Source of the DNA: a virus
Taxonomy: Duplodnaviria; Heunggongvirae; Uroviricota; Caudoviricetes
Length of the DNA stretch: 64,000 nucleotides
IMG/VR virus record: IMGVR_UViG_3300042914_003231
Location: 1 to 64,000 of that record
Reading direction: 5' to 3' (one strand)
The notes beneath the pieces were generated by a model. The model saw only the letters and a list, made by a program, of their open reading frames with translations, made no database searches and was not told the origin of the DNA. The translations under genes and the position numbers were made by a program. Of the stretch, positions 26,548-34,279 are shown piece after piece. Within the stretch, counting starts at the first letter, position 1. The number at the start of each line of letters is the position of its first letter.

Positions 26548-26884
26548 GAAAGTTAGTAATATGACCTGGGCATTTCTAGGTGCAATGGGTGTTATTCTGA
26601 TCCTTGTCCTTATTCTGATATTTAGGAATCCGGAGGTAATTATGCAAGGGCCTGACCGAACTAAAGCACTTCGAGACAGTATCAATTTATTGACCGAACA
26701 GATTAAGGATGAGAAAAGCTACACAGAAAGATATAAGTACATGGCCGATAGTGTTATGAACTTGCCTCCAAAAGTAAAAGTATTCTACTATGAAAAAAAA
26801 CAGTTTGTTACTCGTGCTACTATTAGCCAATTGGACAGTATTATTCGGACAGGTTCCAAACTTCCAATACGGACCACCTATTAA
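26540..26884 (+). CDS. i-spanin-like protein (N-terminal TM plus periplasmic helical domain)
   Basis: start placed at the internal ATG (MPKKVSNMTWAFLGAMGVILILVLILIF); the next ORF starts inside it in another frame. Confidence 0.4.
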   Translation: MPKKVSNMTWAFLGAMGVILILVLILIFRNPEVIMQGPDRTKALRDSINLLTEQIKDEKSYTERYKYMADSVMNLPPKVKVFYYEKKQFVTRATISQLDSIIRTGSKLPIRTTY

Positions 26885-27209
26885 AGATAGTCTAACTTGT
26901 TATACTCCTACAGAACTTCGAGCTGTAGCTTTAACTATTGTTAATGGCCAAGAGTGTGATACCTTATTAAAAATTGCTCACCAGGCTATCTCATATAAAG
27001 ACACTATTATAAGTTCCCAAGGAAGAACTATTGAAAAACAAGAAGTTAAACAGTTTACTACCCAATTGTTAGCTGACCAGTACAAATTCCAAAAGGAAGC
27101 AGCTGAAAGTGCACTAAAAGATGAAAAGACAAAAAAGAAGTGGCTCTTAGCCGGTTGGGGAGGAACTACAGTTTTTCTTACTGTCATAACTATTTTAGCA
27201 CTTTTATAA
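26790..27209 (+). CDS. o-spanin-like or accessory lysis protein overlapping the previous gene
   Basis: signal-like N-terminus and a C-terminal TM helix; 95-nt out-of-frame overlap; no clear lipobox. Confidence 0.35.
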   Translation: MKKNSLLLVLLLANWTVLFGQVPNFQYGPPIKDSLTCYTPTELRAVALTIVNGQECDTLLKIAHQAISYKDTIISSQGRTIEKQEVKQFTTQLLADQYKFQKEAAESALKDEKTKKKWLLAGWGGTTVFLTVITILALL

Positions 27210-27329
27210 ATAAATTTGGTAAGTTTAAACTATACACCTTTTAAATACTACTAGTCTGCAAAATAAATATTTAACATTTAAACTTGTATAGTTTATAGAA
27301 AAACATTATATTTGTTTAAACTTTAAACT

Positions 27330-27614
27330 ATGTCAGAAGAAACCAACACTGAAGAACAAGGTAAAAAACTTACCTCAGAGGAATTAGCTGAGAGACGCAA
27401 AAACCTCATCACTTTCTACAAGAGCCAAGTAGAACTTCTTAAGCACCAAGAATCTTACGAAAAACTAGTAGCTGATATTGAAGAGCACAAGCTTCGCGGT
27501 CTAGTTGCTATGGTCCGTCAGGGTCAGATCATGAGCCCTCCAGATAAAACCGATAACCCGGATACACATGCTGAAAATGAAGAGAAAAAAGAAAGAACCT
27601 TAAAAAAATCATAA
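27330..27614 (+). CDS. hypothetical protein
   Basis: 94 aa, charged; preceded by TTTAAAC repeats and a TATATTTG box. Confidence 0.5.
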   Translation: MSEETNTEEQGKKLTSEELAERRKNLITFYKSQVELLKHQESYEKLVADIEEHKLRGLVAMVRQGQIMSPPDKTDNPDTHAENEEKKERTLKKS

Positions 27615-27631
27615 GCCAAAAATAAACCAAC

Positions 27632-28054
27632 ATGGCTCAGTTTAAAATAGTAGATAAAAAAGTGCAAATGTCACAGGAACAGATTATCAAGTTCCAACTA
27701 ATTACATATTGCTATCTTAACAAGATCAGCATCAGTGAATCTGATCTTGCTTGCCTTACTCTTCTTGCTCTTAATGAGAAAGCAGAATTATCTGACTTTT
27801 GCAATGCTTGTTGCTTATCTGAGTTTCGCGATAAAGACACAAGTCTTACTTATACAAAAGTTATTTTTAAAACTCCACAGACTGTAAGAAACTGTCTTAC
27901 TAAGATGGTCAATTACAACATTATTACTAAAGAAGGTCTTGGTCATGGAAAGCTTATTGAACTTAATCCGGAGATAAAGCTTCAGGCTAAAGGTAATGTA
28001 TTGTTAAACTATAAAATGTTCAGCATTGGTACCGAAGAAAGCCAAGGAGTTTAA
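27632..28054 (+). CDS. hypothetical protein
   Basis: 140-aa ORF. Confidence 0.5.
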   Translation: MAQFKIVDKKVQMSQEQIIKFQLITYCYLNKISISESDLACLTLLALNEKAELSDFCNACCLSEFRDKDTSLTYTKVIFKTPQTVRNCLTKMVNYNIITKEGLGHGKLIELNPEIKLQAKGNVLLNYKMFSIGTEESQGV

Positions 28055-28448
28055 GAAAGAAGTCGCTGAAGAACTAGGCCTTTCCGAAGAAATGGTCAGT
28101 CATGTAATAGACTTCTACTGGGAAACATTAAGAAAAAAAATGTCCAGTTTATCAGAACCTGCAATAGAGATCCCAAATTTTGGTATCTTTAGGATCAAGC
28201 ACTGGGGAATTGATGGGGAGATAGAAAAGCTTAAGAGAATTATTGCAAGCTATGAAGGAAACTTTAAACACTACGCTCGCAGAAAAGATCTTGAAGATAA
28301 GATATCAGCTTTAGAAAAGATTAAGGCTTTAGTAACAGAAGAGAAAACAAAATTTAAAGAAATAAGAGAAAAAAGATATGTTAAATATAAAAACGATTTG
28401 GAACAACAGAAAGCTAATCTGGGAGGGTCTGAAGAACAAGATCTTTAG
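28026..28448 (+). CDS. hypothetical protein
   Basis: 140 aa, K/E-rich; overlaps the previous ORF by 29 nt. Confidence 0.5.
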   Translation: MVPKKAKEFKKEVAEELGLSEEMVSHVIDFYWETLRKKMSSLSEPAIEIPNFGIFRIKHWGIDGEIEKLKRIIASYEGNFKHYARRKDLEDKISALEKIKALVTEEKTKFKEIREKRYVKYKNDLEQQKANLGGSEEQDL

Positions 28449-28455
28449 AACCGAC

Positions 28456-28662
28456 ATGGTAGAGGATGTATATCAAATGCGGATGAAGATCTGCAAGAAA
28501 TGCCCGAGCATTGATCCTGAAGGAAGCAAATGTATGGTAGCTGGAACTAAACCATGCTGTGGAGTTTGTGGTTGTAGCCTTTCTTTAAAACTCCGCTCTA
28601 TGGATTCATCATGTCCACATCCAGATGGTCCTAAGTGGAAGGAGGTACAAATTGAGCAATGA
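28456..28662 (+). CDS. small Cys-rich (zinc-binding-like) protein
   Basis: CKKC...C...CCGVCGC...C...H..D; start set at the internal ATG to avoid a long overlap. Confidence 0.4.
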   Translation: MVEDVYQMRMKICKKCPSIDPEGSKCMVAGTKPCCGVCGCSLSLKLRSMDSSCPHPDGPKWKEVQIEQ

Positions 28663-28714
28663 TGTAACACTAGTATCAGGGATTATCCTACCTAGTTATC
28701 CAAACAAGGAACAA

Positions 28715-28870
28715 ATGGTCCTAGCTCAAGTAGTAAATTATTATGTTGATCAAAAGACTATAGAATCAGAAGAAGGAGATAAGCTCATAAATATGATTAA
28801 GTCTCCAGATGAAGAAAATGTAGAACTGGCAAAAGTCATATTACAAACTAAATACCAGGTATTGAAATGA
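28715..28870 (+). CDS. small protein, SPDxEN paralog 1
   Basis: C-terminal motif IKSPDEENVELAKVIL shared with the next two ORFs. Confidence 0.4.
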   Translation: MVLAQVVNYYVDQKTIESEEGDKLINMIKSPDEENVELAKVILQTKYQVLK

Positions 28871-29175
28871 GTGAATTGATGGATGAAATAGAAAGCAAAG
28901 GTCTTTCAGTAGGTTATGTGAAATTAACTACTTATAGTATTAGAGAACTTATGGTAAATGTTGCTAAAAATACACACATGCAAGGAAGAGAGTTTGTGTT
29001 ACTGTCCGGAGGAGAGCTTACTGACTCTATAGAAAAAGAAGCTTTCTCGATGATGCTTGAAACATCTAGGACTAAATATTCTATTGAAGAATATGTAAGA
29101 CTTAAAGGTATGATTGAATCCCCAGACCGGGAAAACTTTGAGATTGCCAAACTTATAATAAAGAATAAGAAATGA
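28867..29175 (+). CDS. small protein, SPDxEN paralog 2
   Basis: IESPDRENFEIAKLII. Confidence 0.45.
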   Translation: MSELMDEIESKGLSVGYVKLTTYSIRELMVNVAKNTHMQGREFVLLSGGELTDSIEKEAFSMMLETSRTKYSIEEYVRLKGMIESPDRENFEIAKLIIKNKK

Positions 29176-29366
29176 ATTCAGAGTTTGAGTTATATAAGAG
29201 AAACTGCATAGATCTTCTTGAGTTCTTAGAAGCTAAAGGAGAAGTATCAGAAAATGAGAAAGCTACTGCACTAACAATGCTTAACTCATCAGATGATGAA
29301 AATGTGTACTTAGGTATTACAATTGTAAATGAGATACAGAAAAAGTTTAAGATCCGGAGAGTGTAG
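29172..29366 (+). CDS. small protein, SPDxEN paralog 3
   Basis: LNSSDDENVYLGITIV. Confidence 0.4.
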   Translation: MNSEFELYKRNCIDLLEFLEAKGEVSENEKATALTMLNSSDDENVYLGITIVNEIQKKFKIRRV

Positions 29367-29419
29367 TATTAGCTCAAGAGATCATAAAAGTAAAACTACA
29401 GGAAGTAAAATTATAAAAC

Positions 29420-30238
29420 ATGTCAGTAATATTTAAAGCAGAGAACCACAAGTATGAAAGCCTAGATCCTAATGATAGGATAGACTGGGTGAGTGTAACA
29501 AAATTTGTAAGCCAATTCAAACAACCATTTGATCCAGTAAAGCAGTCTATTAAGTCTTCAAAAAATCCTAGATCAAAATGGTATGGTATGAAGCCTGAGG
29601 ATATACAAGCTCAATGGGTTAAAGAAGCAGACCGTGCTGTAACAGCTGGTTCCTTCTACCATGATCAAAGAGAGTCTGATCTTACAAGCATTGAGACTAT
29701 TCAAAGATCCGGAGTAAATATCCCTATTATTAAACCTATATGGGAAGGTGGAGTAAAACATGCTCCTGATCAAAAGCTTACTGAAGGAATCTATCCTGAG
29801 CACTTTGTCTTCCTTAAGTCTGCAGGTATCTGTGGACAATCCGATCGGGTGGAAGTAATAAAAGACACTGTGGATATTATTGACTACAAAACCAATAAGG
29901 AGATTAAGATAGCCGGCTTTACAAACTGGGAAGGTAAGGTTACAAAAATGCTGGGACCATGTGAGCACCTAGATGATTGTAACTTTAATCACTATGCTCT
30001 ACAGCTTAGTACATATATGTACATTATTTTAAAACACAACCCAAGATACCGTGCAGGAAAAATGTGGTTACATCACATCATCTTCGAAAAAGAAGGAGAA
30101 GATAAGTTTGGTAATCCAATTAACAAGAAAGATGCTAGAGGAGAACCTATAGTTAAAACTGTGGTACCATATGAAGTACCTTATCTGAAGTCTGAAGTTA
30201 TTGCAATGATTGATTATACTAAAACTAATAAAAAATGA
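29420..30238 (+). CDS. PD-(D/E)xK-type nuclease (phage exonuclease or Cas4-like fold)
   Basis: GQSDRVEV...DIIDYKT gives the D, (D/E)-x-K pattern. Confidence 0.45.
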   Translation: MSVIFKAENHKYESLDPNDRIDWVSVTKFVSQFKQPFDPVKQSIKSSKNPRSKWYGMKPEDIQAQWVKEADRAVTAGSFYHDQRESDLTSIETIQRSGVNIPIIKPIWEGGVKHAPDQKLTEGIYPEHFVFLKSAGICGQSDRVEVIKDTVDIIDYKTNKEIKIAGFTNWEGKVTKMLGPCEHLDDCNFNHYALQLSTYMYIILKHNPRYRAGKMWLHHIIFEKEGEDKFGNPINKKDARGEPIVKTVVPYEVPYLKSEVIAMIDYTKTNKK

Positions 30239-30552
30239 GTCATCCAAAATTAAAAGGTATAAGATGGTTAGATGATGAGTTACCTGACTTAATAGCCATT
30301 AAAATAACCTTAGTAAACAAAAGCATTCAAGATTTAGATATTCCAGGAATGGAAATTCCAGAAACCTATGCTGAAATGAAAGTAGATCTTTCTAAGCTAG
30401 CTGCTGTAAGTCCTTGGTATCCTAAAGGTTCGGATGACCCCGCTGAAAATGCGTGTTTAGTAGACATTGAAGGTGTAGCAAATTTTGTAGCTGATACAAG
30501 TGAAAAAGATATTATTCAAGCTTGGATTTATTATAAAAGATGTAAGAAATGA
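30235..30552 (+). CDS. hypothetical protein
   Basis: 105-aa ORF. Confidence 0.45.
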   Translation: MSHPKLKGIRWLDDELPDLIAIKITLVNKSIQDLDIPGMEIPETYAEMKVDLSKLAAVSPWYPKGSDDPAENACLVDIEGVANFVADTSEKDIIQAWIYYKRCKK

Positions 30553-30743
30553 GTAGTACTGATGTATACCAACAGAAACACTTCTTTGAAGAAGATCCTT
30601 TTCCCGCTCGGTGTGTGCAAAGAGATGAACAAGGAAACTGTTTAATGAGCATGAAATGGGTGATTATTGATTTTAGTGAGCCTTTTTGTAAACAAGTAAA
30701 AGATAAGAAAAATGATAAAGCTATTAGACCTGCAGAACGGTAA
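30549..30743 (+). CDS. hypothetical small protein
   Basis: 64-aa ORF. Confidence 0.35.
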   Translation: MSSTDVYQQKHFFEEDPFPARCVQRDEQGNCLMSMKWVIIDFSEPFCKQVKDKKNDKAIRPAER

Positions 30744-31227
30744 GGTTGTTCCTACAGAACACTGTCACACCTTAGCATTCCTTAAAGATATCATGGATGC
30801 TTACCCGGAGAATCATATTCCTATCTATGGATACTTGTTCTATATGACATGTCCTAATGATGAGCTTAACCCATTCTTCAACATGCCGGCCGATGATAAG
30901 GAAGAGATGATCTTGAAAGAACTGAATGCTGACTTCAGCACAGAAGATGATCTCATACATAGAGCTCTTGAAATGTGTGAGAAGCTTTATGAAACTCCTA
31001 CAGTAAGAGCTTATCGAGGTATTAGTAACATGTTAGATAGATTAGGTATTTACATGGAGAAAACTCCAATTTCTCATGGTAGAGATGGTAACATCAACTC
31101 TCTGGTGTCTGCTGCTAAAAACTTTGAAGGTATTAGAAACTCCTTCAAGGGTGTATACAAAGATCTTAAAGAAGAACAAAATGCTAGAACCCGCGGTGGT
31201 GGAGAGCTAGCTTATGACCAAAAATAA
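30712..31227 (+). CDS. hypothetical protein
   Basis: 171-aa ORF. Confidence 0.45.
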   Translation: MIKLLDLQNGKVVPTEHCHTLAFLKDIMDAYPENHIPIYGYLFYMTCPNDELNPFFNMPADDKEEMILKELNADFSTEDDLIHRALEMCEKLYETPTVRAYRGISNMLDRLGIYMEKTPISHGRDGNINSLVSAAKNFEGIRNSFKGVYKDLKEEQNARTRGGGELAYDQK

Positions 31228-31232
31228 AAACT

Positions 31233-31442
31233 ATGGATGCATTATATGACTGGTTGTTTCATTACAACCCACACACAAAATCATGGGCAGCTTTTAGAAG
31301 AGAGCACATGCAAAATTACTTTAATGGTGATCATGAGAATGTAGTAAAAAGCAAGTCTCAAAAAACTTTAGAAGAGCTTATCATTTCTAATGAGGGAGAT
31401 CTTGAAAGAATTCATAAATTTGTAAGTAAGCTAAAAAGCTAA
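31233..31442 (+). CDS. hypothetical small protein (terminase small-subunit position)
   Basis: 69 aa immediately upstream of TerL. Confidence 0.35.
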   Translation: MDALYDWLFHYNPHTKSWAAFRREHMQNYFNGDHENVVKSKSQKTLEELIISNEGDLERIHKFVSKLKS

Positions 31443-33649
31443 TGAATTCTTTTTTCTATACTGACATACCTACCTGGGATAATGGTGAATGGAAAACCAC
31501 CAGCTTTGGCAGCCATGAAGATTTTCGGGTCTTCATAAAAAGTGTGTTCAAAGAACCCGGTAAGTATGAGTTTGATGAGACTTCAAAACTATTTAATGCT
31601 GAGGCCACTAAGTGGAATCAACAAAAGTTTTATTGTGCTGCCCCTAGGAATACTAAGGACTACATTCTTTATTGGGATGATCAAAAAGCTAAGTGTAGAA
31701 AAGGAGTTATTTTCACCCAGAAAGGAAAGACTTGGTTTCTCCCGCGCGAGTACTACATGTGGTTGAATTTCCTACCTATCAACAACAAAGAGAAAAGATT
31801 ATTTTCTTTCCCGGATATAAGAGATGCTCAGTATCACATGGCCTTGTATAATCTATTGGCTGAGTTATTCTACAAGCATTCTGCTATCCTTAAAAAACGT
31901 CAGATAGCCTCTTCTTACTATCATGCCGCCAAACTAATCAACTACTTATGGTTTGAAGAAACTCCTATCTTAAAAATGGGAGCTTCTCTAAAAGCTTATG
32001 TATTGGATACCTGGAGATTTGTAGTAGAGTACAAGAACTTTTTGGATGAACACACAGCATGGTACCGTGATATGAATCCTAAAAAACCTTTGGATTGGCA
32101 GCAACAAGTTGAGACTGAGATTCCAGGTACCACCAGAAAGATCTTAAAAGGTTTAAAGGGAGTTCTTAAAGGAACTTCTTTTGAACAAGAACCTACGGCA
32201 GGTGTAGGTGGACCTTGTACCTACTTCTTCCATGAAGAAGCTGGTGTAGCTCCTGATATGATGGAGACTTTTGGTTACATGAAACCCGCCTTAAAATCAG
32301 GTATGATCACAACTGGTACATTTATTGCTGCAGGATCTGTAGGTGACTTAGATCAGTGTGAGCCATTACGCGAGATGATCATGAGACCCGATGCCAATGA
32401 TATTTATCCTGTAACCACTAATCTTCTTGATGATAGAGGTACAGTTGGTGAATCAGGTCTTTTTATTCCTGAGCAATGGTCGATGCCTCCTTGTATAGAT
32501 GAGTTTGGAAACTCACTTGTAGAGGATGCATTAAAAATGCTGGATGATTACTTTGCCGATCTTAAGAAAAAGCTTTCTCCAGAATCATACCAGTTAGAAG
32601 TATCTCAGCATCCGCGTAACATTGAAGAAGCTTTTGCAGCCAGAACTGTTTCAATATTCCCTACTCACTTGGTTGCTTCTCAAAAGAGAAGAATCTTGGA
32701 TAAAGAATATAGCATAGAGTATGTAGATCTTGCAAGAGGAGTTGATGGTAAATGGTTGGTGGATAAATCTAAGAAAATACCTATTTCAGAGTTCCCTGTT
32801 AGCAAAGCCACAGAAGATAAAACAGGAGTAATTTGTGTATATGAAAGACCTGATCCTAAAGCTGAGTGGGGTACATACTATGCTTCTATTGACCCGGTCG
32901 CTCAAGGTAAGACAAATACTTCAGAATCTCTATGCTCTATTTATGTTTACAAAATTCCTATTGAAGTAACAAGAATCGATGGTGAAGAAGTGAAAACTTA
33001 CATAGAAGAGGATAAGATTGTTTGTTCTTGGACTGGCCGATTTGATGATATAAACAAAACCTACAAGAGACTAGAAGATATCATTGAGTGGTACAATGCA
33101 TGGACTTTAATAGAAAACAACGTACCTGGTTTCATCACCTACATGATCAGTAAGAGAAAACAAAAGTATCTGGTACCAAAAAGTCAGGTAACCTTCCGTA
33201 AAGATGTGGAGTATGTGCAACATGGTCCAGAAGAATATGGTTGGAGAAACACCGGTACTCTTTTCAAGACTTACATCCTACCTTACCTGGTAGACTATTG
33301 TAAAGAAGAAATAGATGTTATCAAAAAACAGGACAGCGAAGATATTGTAAAGATCAAGTATGGTATTGAGAGGATTCCGGATATCATGGCCATGAAAGAA
33401 ATGGAGATGTATAGAGAAGGGTTGAACGTTGACCGCTTGACAGCTCTGGGAGCTTTAATTGCTTTTGCTAAAGTGCAGGAAGCTAACAGAGGTATACGAA
33501 AAAGGATAGACCGGACAACAGATAAGAAACAGTTGCAAAAGTCAGAAAAAATCAGTACATTTACTAATAGTCCCTTTAGACATATTGGAATGAATAACGG
33601 GTCATCAGGAAAAAGACCTCCTAGAAACCCTTTTAAAAATATACGATGA
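31442..33649 (+). CDS. terL: terminase large subunit
   Basis: deviant Walker A (FTQKGKT); C-terminal nuclease motif YASIDPVAQG; sits upstream of the portal gene. Confidence 0.6.
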   Translation: MNSFFYTDIPTWDNGEWKTTSFGSHEDFRVFIKSVFKEPGKYEFDETSKLFNAEATKWNQQKFYCAAPRNTKDYILYWDDQKAKCRKGVIFTQKGKTWFLPREYYMWLNFLPINNKEKRLFSFPDIRDAQYHMALYNLLAELFYKHSAILKKRQIASSYYHAAKLINYLWFEETPILKMGASLKAYVLDTWRFVVEYKNFLDEHTAWYRDMNPKKPLDWQQQVETEIPGTTRKILKGLKGVLKGTSFEQEPTAGVGGPCTYFFHEEAGVAPDMMETFGYMKPALKSGMITTGTFIAAGSVGDLDQCEPLREMIMRPDANDIYPVTTNLLDDRGTVGESGLFIPEQWSMPPCIDEFGNSLVEDALKMLDDYFADLKKKLSPESYQLEVSQHPRNIEEAFAARTVSIFPTHLVASQKRRILDKEYSIEYVDLARGVDGKWLVDKSKKIPISEFPVSKATEDKTGVICVYERPDPKAEWGTYYASIDPVAQGKTNTSESLCSIYVYKIPIEVTRIDGEEVKTYIEEDKIVCSWTGRFDDINKTYKRLEDIIEWYNAWTLIENNVPGFITYMISKRKQKYLVPKSQVTFRKDVEYVQHGPEEYGWRNTGTLFKTYILPYLVDYCKEEIDVIKKQDSEDIVKIKYGIERIPDIMAMKEMEMYREGLNVDRLTALGALIAFAKVQEANRGIRKRIDRTTDKKQLQKSEKISTFTNSPFRHIGMNNGSSGKRPPRNPFKNIR

Positions 33650-34278
33650 GTAATAACTATGTATACAGACATATTCGGCTAGATAAGAATGAGCCTTTTT
33701 ACATAGGTATAGGTTCTGGAGATTCCTATAAGAGAGCACATTCTAAAAGAGGTAGAAGTAGGTTTTGGACAGCTATTTCTAAAAAAGGATATGTTGTGCA
33801 GATCTTAGCTGAAAATCTAATTAGAGAAGAAGCTTCTATAAAGGAAAAAGAGTTTATAGAGCTATATGGAAGATTGGATTTAAAAACCGGAAGCTTGTGC
33901 AACTTTACAACAGGTGGTGATAATAATTATTCTCTATCTTGTTTGACAAAGGAAAAAATGAGAAAAGCTCACACCGGTCTTAAGCAATCTACAGGCTGTG
34001 TAGAAAAAAGAGTGGAAAAATTAAAAGGTAAGAAAAGAACACCAGAGTTTTGTGAAAGAATAAGGCTTATAAAGTTAGGATCTAAACTTCCTTCTTTAAG
34101 GAGAAAAAGACCTGAGATAAGTATAGCAAAGCAACAAAAAGTTATGAATACAGATACTCATGAAATATATGAATCTGTTAATGATATGGCTAAAGCTCTT
34201 CATATTCATCCTTTAACTGCTACTAGATGGTTGAAAAATCCAGACAAGCCTTTCATAAAAGTTAAAAATATAAGATAA
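33646..34278 (+). CDS. GIY-YIG homing endonuclease
   Basis: VYRHIRLDKNEPFYIGIGSG...R GIY-YIG motif; inserted between terL and the portal gene with a 4-nt overlap. Confidence 0.75.
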   Translation: MSNNYVYRHIRLDKNEPFYIGIGSGDSYKRAHSKRGRSRFWTAISKKGYVVQILAENLIREEASIKEKEFIELYGRLDLKTGSLCNFTTGGDNNYSLSCLTKEKMRKAHTGLKQSTGCVEKRVEKLKGKKRTPEFCERIRLIKLGSKLPSLRRKRPEISIAKQQKVMNTDTHEIYESVNDMAKALHIHPLTATRWLKNPDKPFIKVKNIR

Positions 34279-34279
34279 T

